A DNA stretch of 64,000 nt from Dudresnaya verticillata (taxonomy: Eukaryota). The stretch covers positions 2,294,001 to 2,358,000 of the forward strand of contig OZ374559.1 in NCBI GenBank assembly GCA_977862235.1. The letters are read 5' to 3'. The notes under the pieces are model-generated. The model saw only the letters and a list, made by a program, of their open reading frames with translations, was not told the origin of the DNA and made no database searches. Shown piece after piece: positions 39,618 through 50,330 of this stretch (the first letter of the stretch is position 1; every line of letters starts with the position of its first letter). Made by a program: the position numbers and the translations under genes.

Positions 39618-40031
39618 CTAACAATAGTAGTAATACCAATAGCAGTAGCGGTAGCAATAGCACCGGTACGGAGAACAGATACACCTGTAGCGGCAGATAA
39701 CACGCCTGCAAAGCCCACGAGATGTGGCCTGAAGCGACTGCTTCTCGTTCACGGTAAGGCTACGAACAAGCTCCTCGTTCTTGCCGGCGCTTTCCTGAAG
39801 CATTCTGGTGGAGGTCTTCGTCTTGGAAATGAAACAGCAGGTCTTACCCATAGATCCATCGGTCGACAACTCTGAGTTGAATACATGGCAGTGGGAGTAT
39901 TCGTCCTTGGCACATTCTTTGGCGGCCTTACCCTCGTCGTCGCCTTCATGGATTTTGCATGGGCAGTCGGGAGTGGCTGTGGCGACAGCGAAGAGGGCGA
40001 GCAAGAGGGCGAGCAAGAAGAACTTGTTCAT
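39618..40031 (-). CDS. Secreted Cys-rich precursor, copy 9
   Basis: Protein identical to copy 1. Confidence 0.9.
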   Translation of the reverse strand: MNKFFLLALLLALFAVATATPDCPCKIHEGDDEGKAAKECAKDEYSHCHVFNSELSTDGSMGKTCCFISKTKTSTRMLQESAGKNEELVRSLTVNEKQSLQATSRGLCRRVICRYRCICSPYRCYCYRYCYWYYYYC

Positions 40032-43000
40032 GCTGAGAGGAGGTAGCGAACAACGGTTGGTAGTTGGTGGTGTAGGTGATGAGTGAACACTGAGCGTGCG
40101 AAGCTTGGTGCGTTTGAAAAGTGTTGAAACGCGTTCTACTGAGGTTGATGGGTCGTATATATACAGGTTTTGGTTTGGGGACTACTCAGCATAGGGACAT
40201 TGGGATAGGGATAGAATATTGATAGCGGTTGCGTTGCTGTTTCCTTGTGACAGGCACGGCTGGTATGCTATGAAGCGTTTTTAAGGCTTACAATGCGTAT
40301 AATGCGTTCCCACGCGTGGCTCGACGGCTTGAGGGGACTCGGCGCTGGGCACTGGGGCTGCCTCATTACCAGCTCTGTAAACTAAACACAACAGCGCATG
40401 TGAGGTGTTGTTGAAGATGTGATGATAGACCACGTCCCCCTCCAGAGTCAGTTGTTGTGAATATCATACCCCGCACGCAACATACACTCACTCCTTGAAT
40501 CGCCACAATGAACGCAATCGACCAAGTTGGACAGAAATGAAGCTTGGCTGCAGGACTGACCGCAAATGCCAACACAACAGTGACGAAGATCGTGAGTGCG
40601 GGTCAGGCAGTTCGGCACACCAGCAATGACCTTGGCACTTGTTGTCGCGCTTTCCCATAAGTCACAGCTCTCTGAATTTGTTTTCATTGGATAGGCCTCT
40701 GCACCTGTTGCTTTCGGTAGGTACATTGCCGAGGCCGGAGGTTGGTTGGTCGTCGTCTACTACCACACGAGTTTGCCAGTAGACGTCCGGTAAAATACCC
40801 ATTACCTGAAGCCACCGCGGTACATCAATTGGACAACGGGAGTTGTCTCTCCCATGAACCGGGTGGGGAACGATCATCGCCAACGTGAAGAAGACGAAGA
40901 GAGCGTATTAGCCGAGGCAGCGAGGATGGGAAAAGTTGAGATATACATGTATAGATATGTCTACATCGTCAAGTGAGTGAAGCTTTTAGACTGCCGTGGT
41001 TGGGTCCTGACAAGGTGGGGTTCCCCACTTTGTGCGCACTCCTCGCCGCTGCCCTCGGGGCACGACCACATGCCTTCCTATTGACAATGACGCGTGATGC
41101 AGGCGCAGCATTACGGGCGATGTAGAGCGCCGATTTTGACTGTTGACCTGAAAGTGCATGAGCTGCTCCTCAGTCATTCCAACAGTTCGTTTGTCTCAAC
41201 AACCTGGTTATTGAGGTTGCACTCGGATAGGTGCATGAGTCTGTTGAACAAAATCACCTGCAACTGCAACTCTACAATTCTCTCGCCGAACGATGCCACA
41301 ATTATTGCTTAACACACTGTGGTCAACTATCGAAATGAATCCTATCCCTCGATGAGTCACAGACCTTGATACCCATTCGAGCACGACGCAAGTATCAGTT
41401 TGTGTGTGTGTATGTGTGTGTTTGATGTTCTCCTTCGTCTCTAGCAACCAACCCAATTCGCATAAAGGAAGCATCCTGACCATGATTCGATTAGGCAGCT
41501 CCGTTTCTTCGGTGTCAGTTTGTGTTCCCTTGAGGGCAGTCAAGTAAGCACCGGTAGCAGTGAACATACTCAGAAAAAATGTTCACAGTTCCGTCTCAAG
41601 TCAGATCGAATGTCTACAGCTCAGCGTTCTATTCATTCTATAAGCGAAGAGAGACCAGTACAGAGAAGGGGAGCGTTATCAACATATCAACATATTGTTG
41701 CATTTGAATAGGTCTAAAGGGCCCTATGGCAGAACATCATTCAAGCTGTTCCGGAAGCTGTATTTATGTAGTATTGTTGTGAGTATAGGAAAATATCCTG
41801 ATAACAAGCTTGCAGCTTTCTACATGAGCAGTCTGTATGAGTCTGTCGTTTTGTTGCATATATACTCATTTTTACGACCGCTATGACCACGCCCTTAGAT
41901 TAATGGAGGGTAGCTCGTAACCCTCGCCTGATGTTCTCCATACTGCTTCAACTTTAATTGACAGGGCAAACTCGATACCTATTATTGTTATTCGCACGCC
42001 TAAACCTGAAGTGTCATTTCTTTGTCTCCCTCTTTCCATTCGAGGCCTGCGCGAACGGAAGGAGCTCGATTAAGGAAATCCTACTGTGCTGTTATACTGC
42101 AAAATCTTATGAGCGAAGGGGCTACAAGGCACAACGATCAGCAAGGTAGTCGATCAGATGATGGAACCTCCGCATTTGTCGCTGTTATCATAAACGGAGA
42201 GCTCACTCACTTATCATAAACGGAGAGCTCACTCGAATTGATTTAGAGTTGCATTTGCCTCGCTGTGATTCATGGCAGTTCTCATCCATTCAGCCCCCTT
42301 GAAGGACTGCAGGTTATTCTTTGAGCAAAGTGTTGTACTACATAACTCATTCATTAATAATAACTGCTTGTGAGAATACAAATCTTGCACTTGTGGTTCC
42401 GGCCACGATGGCAAGCAGGAAGGTCTACGGTACAACAGGCGCAATAAAATAGAGGTTGTCATTCCCATTCCTCCTCTGCACAGTTTTTGATCCTCTTGTT
42501 TAGAGGTTCGAAAGTGCATAAACTGCGAGTAGAATACTAGGGACTGATAGGATTCCTTGGAAGTGAAACAATTTTCCCGTCTCAAATTCGCCTGTCCGCA
42601 GGGCTTTGAACAAAGAGGCTCAAAAGTCTCTTTACGCATGACGGCCGTGCCTAAACCGCCATTCAAGCCGCATTCAAACCCCGTTCGCCTCCAACCAATG
42701 TGTTAACATAAACAGGTCGTACGGTCGTACCAGCTCCACAGCCAACTCCCTTTTCCTCCGACAATTTTATTTCTCTTTCCAGACTACTCTCAAAGTCCTG
42801 GTCGAGTCCTGAGAAGGTAAAGCAAGTCATAGGGAAGTGGTAATTAGTGGTAAATGTGTTGGAATAAAATAAACGCAAGCAAGCGTCACCTTTATTTCAA
42901 TCTATGGATCGATCCTAGGAAGGGAACGAATTGTTTAATCGGCACTAAACACTACAAGTGGCAGCAAGAAAACAAGCCGGAACTTCAGTTCCGGTATTGT

Positions 43001-43600
43001 TAGATAGGGCGGTAGGTACTACACGTACCCTAGAAATACCGTTGAGAACCTGAAGTTTCCTTACTTGTTTCCACCCCCACAACATACCGATATATTATAC
43101 CACAGTGAAACACTGGATTTACGTCATAGGATTGCCATTTGTTTCAACGGCACGTACTATTGCCTATGCACCCCACCTGTCATTCAGCCTGGATACAACG
43201 CCCTACGGAACCGCTTTCCTCAAGTTTACAACAACTCCTATCGTAAATATGCGGGGTAATCAGTGCAAAGTGCAGTGCAAAGTGCAGTGCGAACCCCCTA
43301 ACGCAGTGCCCACCAAACAATCCAAGCCACTCTTTTTTTGCAGCCTACATTCTAAGAACGACATTGCTTTTAAATCCCGCACTCCTACGACACAAGAAAG
43401 AAGAAACTGTTGAGACAGAGGCACGTCTATGTGTAACAATGATCAACTGAACTGAGCAGGTGATAGGTTATCGTCTCTTTATCTTTGCTAGTTCAAAACC
43501 AGGCACTATCAAGACTTGTACTTGTCGAGACATATTGCCTTCTGTACCATTGGTAGCACTGGTTCTATTCGTACTATTGACGTGGATCGACCTACGTGTT

Positions 43601-44014
43601 CTAACAATAGTAGTAATACCAATAGCAGTAGCGGTAGCAATAGCACCGGTACGGAGAACAGATACACCTGTAGCGGCAGATAACACGCCTGCAAAGCCCA
43701 CGAGATGTGGCCTGAAGCGACTGCTTCTCGTTCACGGTAAGGCTACGAACAAGCTCCTCGTTCTTGCCGGCGCTTTCCTGAAGCATTCTGGTGGAGGTCT
43801 TCGTCTTGGAAATGAAACAGCAGGTCTTACCCATAGATCCATCGGTCGACAACTCTGAGTTGAATACATGGCAGTGGGAGTATTCGTCCTTGGCACATTC
43901 TTTGGCGGCCTTACCCTCGTCGTCGCCTTCATGGATTTTGCATGGGCAGTCGGGAGTGGCTGTGGCGACAGCGAAGAGGGCGAGCAAGAGGGCGAGCAAG
44001 AAGAACTTGTTCAT
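43601..44014 (-). CDS. Secreted Cys-rich precursor, copy 10
   Basis: Protein identical to copy 1. Confidence 0.9.
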   Translation of the reverse strand: MNKFFLLALLLALFAVATATPDCPCKIHEGDDEGKAAKECAKDEYSHCHVFNSELSTDGSMGKTCCFISKTKTSTRMLQESAGKNEELVRSLTVNEKQSLQATSRGLCRRVICRYRCICSPYRCYCYRYCYWYYYYC

Positions 44015-45310
44015 GCTGAGAGGAGGTAGCGAACAACGGTTGGTAGTTGGTGGTGTAGGTGATGAGTGAACACTGAGCGTGCGAAGCTTGGTGCGTTTGA
44101 AAAGTGTTGAAACGCGTTCTACTGAGGTTGATGGGTCGTATATATACAGGTTTTGGTTTGGGGACTACTCAGCATAGGGACATTGGGATAGGGATAGAAT
44201 ATTGATAGCGGTTGCGTTGCTGTTTCCTTGTGACAGGCACGGCTGGTATGCTATGAAGCGTTTTTAAGGCTTACAATGCGTATAATGCGTTCCCACGCGT
44301 GGCTCGACGGCTTGAGGGGACTCGGCGCTGGGCACTGGGGCTGCCTCATTACCAGCTCTGTAAACTAAACACAACAGCGCATGTGAGGTGTTGTTGAAGA
44401 TGTGATGATAGACCACGTCCCCCTCCAGAGTCAGTTGTTGTGAATATCATACCCCGCACGCAACATACACTCACTCCTTGAATCGCCACAATGAACGCAA
44501 TCGACCAAGTTGGACAGAAATGAAGCTTGGCTGCAGGACTGACCGCAAATGCCAACACAACAGTGACGAAGATCGTGAGTGCGGGTCAGGCAGTTCGGCA
44601 CACCAGCAATGACCTTGGCACTTGTTGTCGCGCTTTCCCATAAGTCACAGCTCTCTGAATTTGTTTTCATTGGATAGGCCTCTGCACCTGTTGCTTTCGG
44701 TAGGTACATTGCCGAGGCCGGAGGTTGGTTGGTCGTCGTCTACTACCACACGAGTTTGCCAGTAGACGTCCGGTAAAATACCCATTACCTGAAGCCACCG
44801 CGGTACATCAATTGGACAACGGGAGTTGTCTCTCCCATGAACCGGGTGGGGAACGATCATCGCCAACGTGAAGAAGACGAAGAGAGCGTATTAGCCGAGG
44901 CAGCGAGGATGGGAAAAGTTGAGATATACATGTATAGATATGTCTACATCGTCAAGTGAGTGAAGCTTTTAGACTGCCGTGGTTGGGTCCTGACAAGGTG
45001 GGGTTCCCCACTTTGTGCGCACTCCTCGCCGCTGCCCTCGGGGCACGACCACATGCCTTCCTATTGACAATGACGCGTGATGCAGGCGCAGCATTACGGG
45101 CGATGTAGAGCGCCGATTTTGACTGTTGACCTGAAAGTGCATGAGCTGCTCCTCAGTCATTCCAACAGTTCGTTTGTCTCAACAACCTGGTTATTGAGGT
45201 TGCACTCGGATAGGTGCATGAGTCTGTTGAACAAAATCACCTGCAACTGCAACTCTACAATTCTCTCGCCGAACGATGCCACAATTATTGCTTAAATGAC
45301 ATAGTATCAT

Positions 45311-45480
45311 TCAAGCTGTTCTGGAAGCTGAGAAGCTTATTGACGTAGTATTGTTGTGAGTATAGGAAAATGTCCTGATAACAGGCTTTCATCTTTCTAC
45401 ATGAGCAGTCTGTATGAGTGTGTTCGTTTTGTTGCATATGTACTCATTTTTATGACCGCAATGAGAACGCTGTTGGATTA
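45311..45480 (+). repeat. Diverged copy of array segment B positions about 9872-10040 in the right flank
   Basis: tcaagctgttc(t/c)ggaagctg...gtagtattgttgtgagtataggaaaat(g/a)tcctgataaca...ctttctacatgagcagtctgtatgagt aligns with many substitutions and small indels. Confidence 0.85.
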
Positions 45481-47499
45481 AGTGTCAATCGCCGCAAGGT
45501 AGCTCCTCAGCCTCTTTACTGTACCTCTGATACCTAAGCCCCCTTAAGATGCTTCTCTTTTGTTCTTTCATAAATATCCCTCTCTCTTGGATTAATGGAG
45601 GTCCATTACTCTCTGGATCAATGTCGTATTATTCGACCAATTGCACCTTCTAGTAATGTCTTGGTGACGTTTTTGCTTCTAACAAGCGCCCCGTAGTCTT
45701 AAAATCGTTTGGAATGGCATATATCGGTGAAACGGGCGAGGCTGTAGATACTTACTGTGTAGGGCGTGAGTAAGGGTGCATCACGGCAAAACAACACCAC
45801 AGAAAGCGGCTAGAGGAGCGGCCATAGCCCGGTGGGACGTTTTTTGCTCCGTCCGGCATGGAGGTCGTGGGCTCGAGCCTGTGTACTCTGGGGCGTAGTG
45901 TAGTAGGCACTCTTTTGTTCTCTGACTGGTAATGATTGATGGGGGGGAGCGTTTGCCGTACTCAACTCACTCATAATGTATTGATCGAAGTAATGGATCG
46001 CAGTCGTAATGGAATCTCTCTCGGCACCTCTCGACTCATTGGAGACGTAGACTAGTGATGGTAAACATTTACTAATTGTTTAGGGTGGTCCCGCACGGGC
46101 AACTAAGACCCAGTAGCAGGCGCACCAGCACAAAGTGCCAGAGAAGCAAAGAGATACACGCAAGGAAGGGGGCTGATCGGAGGAGGGGAAGCGGTAGGGG
46201 TGGTCACGAGGAGGGTGGTGGGCGCGTCTCTGAGCACATATATGCCTGATGGTCGCGATGGTTCTGGAGACGGATTGGAGATCAGCTGCAGTAGGGTGGA
46301 GTGACGATAGTGTGCGGAGGGCTTGCGTGTGGGTACCAAGTAAGCTGCGTTTGGTAGGACACGAGGGGGGATGGGAACTAGAGCCCCCTATCTCGCATCC
46401 CAGCAACGTATCCACCGGGCGCTAATTTTCTTGCTTGTACTAGTTCCCCTGCAAGTACGACGACAACGACCCGCACCTCGTCCGAGGACCAGTATATAAA
46501 TAGCGGTTGTCACCTAATAGCTACCACCAAGAGTTTACCAGTGTAGCTCATCTGTTTGTTCATAGGTTGAATCACTCGCGATGTATTGTACGGTAGCTGA
46601 CATAGAGTGTTTTGCATGACACGCATTGCATGCTCGCTTGCGGAGATATCTTACACACACACGACGAAAATATACATTGTGATGATTGCATACAGAGTCA
46701 CTGCTATCGTTGCCGCCTCCGGCTCCACCGACCGATCTTACTTCAACAGATCCGCAGCGTTGTCTGCAAACAGTGACGATTCAGCCATAGACTCTTAAAC
46801 CAATGCACGGCATGCACTTTCCATGCAATGTACTATTCTGTATACCACTCTCGCGCTTGCCGGCTTTATGCGCATATGTGCAACAACAACTGCTGTTGTT
46901 GCTAGCAACAACTGCTGTTGTTGCTAGGGTTTAGCCTGTCGCCTGGATTGAATGCATTGGCGACATATCGGAACATCGGATCCCAGCCTGGGGCACTCGC
47001 TGTGCTTCAGTCAACTTTGGGGGTGAACGGCGCCAACAGGAGATGCAGCTTTGCAACTGCACGCGGCTTTCCAAGCCGGGCAGCAGGTGTCAAGCAGCGC
47101 ACACGTGATGTTGCATAGATCGCTTGGGATTGCTTCTGCATTGGCGTCTACGCTGCACAACAAGTACAATGGACATAGAAGGCTGTAGATAATACCGGAT
47201 GATTGCGGCAAGCACCGCTCTCTCCGCCAGCAACTCGTTTATACCGATTCATAGCCAATTCCCGTGCCCCGCTGGACCGCAGCAATGACAAACGCCCTCG
47301 TAACAGCACAATAATCCCACCAACCACCGCACCGCACCCCACTCAATCCGCGCCGACAAACAACCTCCCCCTCGCCGCCCCTCGTCCCTCCCGCCAGCTG
47401 AATAAAGCCGCAACCCACCCACGCAGGCAAGCCCCCCACCGGCGCTGCCATCCCACCCCCTTCCCTCCTCTCTCCACTCAGACCCATCCAGTGCACACC

Positions 47500-47967
47500 A
47501 TGTTCCGCCTCTCGCACTCCATCCCCCTCGCCCTGTGTCTGCTCTCCTTCCTGCTGCACGCGCCCGCGCACGCCGCCGACGCAGCGCCGCCGTGCCCGTG
47601 CCAGTGCGTGGCCGCGGCCGCGGCGCAGGACGCATGCGACAAGCTGGGCAGCGCCGCGGGCTGCTCCGTCATGGACTGCGAGGACGTCAACAAGAAGACC
47701 TCCGGAAAGACGTGCTGCGCCCTGTCCACGGGCACCGTCGACAACATTCCGGACGAGATGCGGGCCGCGGTTGAGGAGCAGAAGCGCGCAGATGCCGCGG
47801 CTGGCGAGGTTGCCGACGGCTTGGATGAGGGTGACACTGTTGTTGTTGCCAGGAAGGATGGCGATGGAGTCCACATTGTTGGCGACGCTGGGGAGGATGA
47901 GCAGACCATTCGCGATATGCTTGAGAAGGAGGAGGGGGAGTTTGAGATTCTTGAGCACAAGGAATAG
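47500..47967 (+). CDS. Secreted Cys-rich protein with CPC/GKTCC domain and acidic C-terminus; paralog of the arrayed precursor (155 aa)
   Basis: ATG at 47500 in the context cacaccATG; signal peptide MFRLSHSIPLALCLLSFLLHAPAHA; CPCQC..C..C-x13-GKTCC; Asp/Glu-rich tail; GC-rich coding bias. Confidence 0.88.
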   Translation: MFRLSHSIPLALCLLSFLLHAPAHAADAAPPCPCQCVAAAAAQDACDKLGSAAGCSVMDCEDVNKKTSGKTCCALSTGTVDNIPDEMRAAVEEQKRADAAAGEVADGLDEGDTVVVARKDGDGVHIVGDAGEDEQTIRDMLEKEEGEFEILEHKE

Positions 47968-48961
47968 ATGCGTCGGGCCGATTGTTGAACAGTTTTTTGG
48001 TAGGTTGAGGACAGCGACGGAGGCAATGCTGTGGCGTTCGGATGTTGCTCTACTTGTGTCGTGTCAACAACCCCTCTAGTATTGCCTGCGTGCATCCTCA
48101 CAGCAGACAGGTTGGTCTTTCTAGTCTGCATCCATCGCCTGCAAGGTTTAAACTAGACTTGGACTTAGATTGTAATGTACTGTAGCAGGTCCTCATTTGT
48201 TTGAACATAAATTATGGACGCCGCTTCCTGTTGAGATGAGAGCGGAGGGAGAGAGCGACCTGTCGATAGTCTTGGAATGTACACTGAACATTTTGCACAG
48301 CTAGCTATCAATGTGGGGCAAGTCAACTGGGACTTTGTATTCAGGAGCCGCTGCATTCAAAGAGGCATGGACCAGTAGCAAAGTGCGTCTAGAATAAACG
48401 TTTGTATTCAACAGATCGACGTAAGCGGGTAGACCGTCGCTTAGAGCCCGGCTAAGCCCCATGTGGGGCTTCTGGATTTCTGGTGATTAAAGTGAATACT
48501 ACGGTATTCAACAGATTTAAAAAGCACGCCCGTTGGGGGCTCATCGCGCTTGGACAATCTGGCACTGCCACACTTGCTGCTACTATCTGTCATGTTACGA
48601 CAGTCTGGTGAGCAAGGAGAAGCCATGGCAGGTTCGTGAGAAGGTTAGAAGATTGCGCTGAAGTGAGCGTCATATATTTGAAAAGGAAATGATTACTTTA
48701 TTGGAGAAGTAGTAATCATCAGTAACCATGACTAACCAAGGAAGGCGTAAATGCTAGAACAATTGCAGAGATTGGAGGCGTTAATGCCAAGTAGAATGGT
48801 GTAACGAAGGAAAGAATTTGAAGCGAAAGAGCAGGGCGGGAGGGTGCGAGAACGAAGGAAAGAACTTGCCGAGTAGGACAGTGAGCTACTGTAGGGTGAG
48901 TCTTATATACAGCTTGGCCGAGTTAAAACTCGGTCATGGGATCGCTGCTTGTGTGAAGAAG

Positions 48962-49059
48962 CCACCCACAAAATTGCGCGACCTAGCATCATCCAGAAGC
49001 TGTGTATCAAACCACCCACAAACTGCTCGACCTAGCATCATCCAGAAGCTGGGGTGCAA
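48962..49059. repeat. About 49-bp imperfect tandem duplication, possibly within an LTR remnant (48800-49150)
   Basis: ccacccacaaa..tgc.cgacctagcatcatccagaagctg occurs twice. Confidence 0.75.
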
Positions 49060-49235
49060 CTAAGAGTCCCGATTTGGAGCTGCAATTCAAACAGCGTACC
49101 CAAAAAGGGTGTGAGTTGTGGGACGCTCGGCCTATGCTCGCTACCCTTGGCATGTCTTTTCAGAAGTGTAAAGCGATTAGGACACCCTCTGAAAATCTGG
49201 TACCGAAACAGGGAAGCTTGTTGAACTTGTGGAGC

Positions 49236-50330
49236 TTACTGAGGGGGCGGGAGCGGAGGACGAGAAGAGTCTTTCAGCGACCAGAAATAAAGATTCATTT
49301 CCGGAGACAGGCGAGGCCTTGAGTCAAAGTAGACGTTCACGACCATATTGCTGCTACGCCAGCCGCCCCGGTTTGTGATGACGGGCATGGGAACGTTGAG
49401 GAGGACTTGTGCTGTAACACTGCCGCTTCGGAGGCTGGGGGAGGTGTAACTGGCGAACGGCGGCGGAATTATTTGCAGATCTGTGAGACACGCTGCAAGA
49501 GAATCACTGACGATTTGTGGACGAAGATCGACACCCTGACGGGCCCAGTAGAGTTCGTCGGTTTGGGCAACTGTGGAGCGTCCAGCATAGAAGCGAAGCT
49601 GTAGCGCGAGCGGGTTTCGATTGGCAAAACCAACGGGACTATGACGGCAGGTGACGGCGCAGGCCCCAACGCCTCGGAGCAATCTGCCTTTCAGAGAACG
49701 GGGTCGTGCAGTGATGGTAATGTGGTTGAGCACAGTGGGTGAAGTGTCTGAAGCTGGAGCGCGAACCACGCTGATATCTTGGACCTGTACAGTTCGAACA
49801 GAATTTTCCCGCCATGTCATCAAATATTGAAATCCCACGAGAGCGCACTGATGCTCCGTAAGCGAACCTGGACGAGCTTGAAGGCCGCGACGCCTGATCC
49901 TGAAGACAATTGCAGCCGGTAGAGCAGCTCGAACGTCTACGAGTGCCCCTGGATTGTCGTCTTGATGACGAAAAGCACGAAGAAGGTCGGCATGAGGATT
50001 GCCTACCAGAGGGTCTGGCAAACCTTCTCGCAAATGCCTCGTCCGGATTGCGGAAAGGTAGTGGTCCACTGACTTTCCATGAATGCGATTTTCTTCAAAT
50101 AAGAAACCAACGTAGGATAGAACGGTACCAACCCCTGCTGGGAGGGAAGAATGCCCATTCCGATTGCAAAAGCCCTCAAACTTCCTCCACTGAGTTGTTT
50201 TGGTATGGTCAGTGGACGGCGCAATGCAGCGCCCTGCTAGACGTACTGTAGCTCGTCCGGCAGCAGTTGAAGGGACGAGAGACGCGATTCTGCGTTGGAG
50301 GGCCTGACCGGCGGTTTCCCTACTTCGGCC
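49236..50330 (-). CDS. DIRS tyrosine recombinase (the frame stays open upstream to 51563)
   Basis: SAM-like core-binding region (WRKFEGFC...YVGFLFE...YLSAIRTRH), then MTWRENSV (catalytic R), YTSPSLRSG (HxxR with H replaced by P), GGWRSS and VYFD (catalytic Y). Confidence 0.85.
   Translation of the reverse strand, partial: GRSRETAGQALQRRIASLVPSTAAGRATVRLAGRCIAPSTDHTKTTQWRKFEGFCNRNGHSSLPAGVGTVLSYVGFLFEENRIHGKSVDHYLSAIRTRHLREGLPDPLVGNPHADLLRAFRHQDDNPGALVDVRAALPAAIVFRIRRRGLQARPGSLTEHQCALVGFQYLMTWRENSVRTVQVQDISVVRAPASDTSPTVLNHITITARPRSLKGRLLRGVGACAVTCRHSPVGFANRNPLALQLRFYAGRSTVAQTDELYWARQGVDLRPQIVSDSLAACLTDLQIIPPPFASYTSPSLRSGSVTAQVLLNVPMPVITNRGGWRSSNMVVNVYFDSRPRLSPEMNLYFWSLKDSSRPPLPPPQ

Larger units (their letters stand above)
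7721..45295. repeat. Tandem segmental array, period 3983 bp, about 9.43 units, structure (A-B)9-A with A=1728 bp (7721-9448) and B=2255 bp (9449-11703)
   Basis: Every ORF recurs at exactly +3983. Identity begins at ttcgtactattgacg (7721/11704) and ends at acaattattgcttaa (9448/45295). Only a few substitutions were seen. Confidence 0.98.

Noticed and set aside
7721..45295. Array as rDNA, satellite or tandem LTR element
   Set aside because: No rRNA-like conserved sequence, no short-period satellite and no TE coding domains in the unit.
45860..46560. Possible solo LTR between the array and the acidic paralog
   Set aside because: LTR-like composition and a TATA motif, but no second copy, clear termini or target-site duplication could be established.
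47203..47499. N-terminal 99 aa of the 254-aa ORF-track protein
   Set aside because: Non-ATG start and low-complexity C/A-rich leader; the signal peptide begins at the ATG at 47500.
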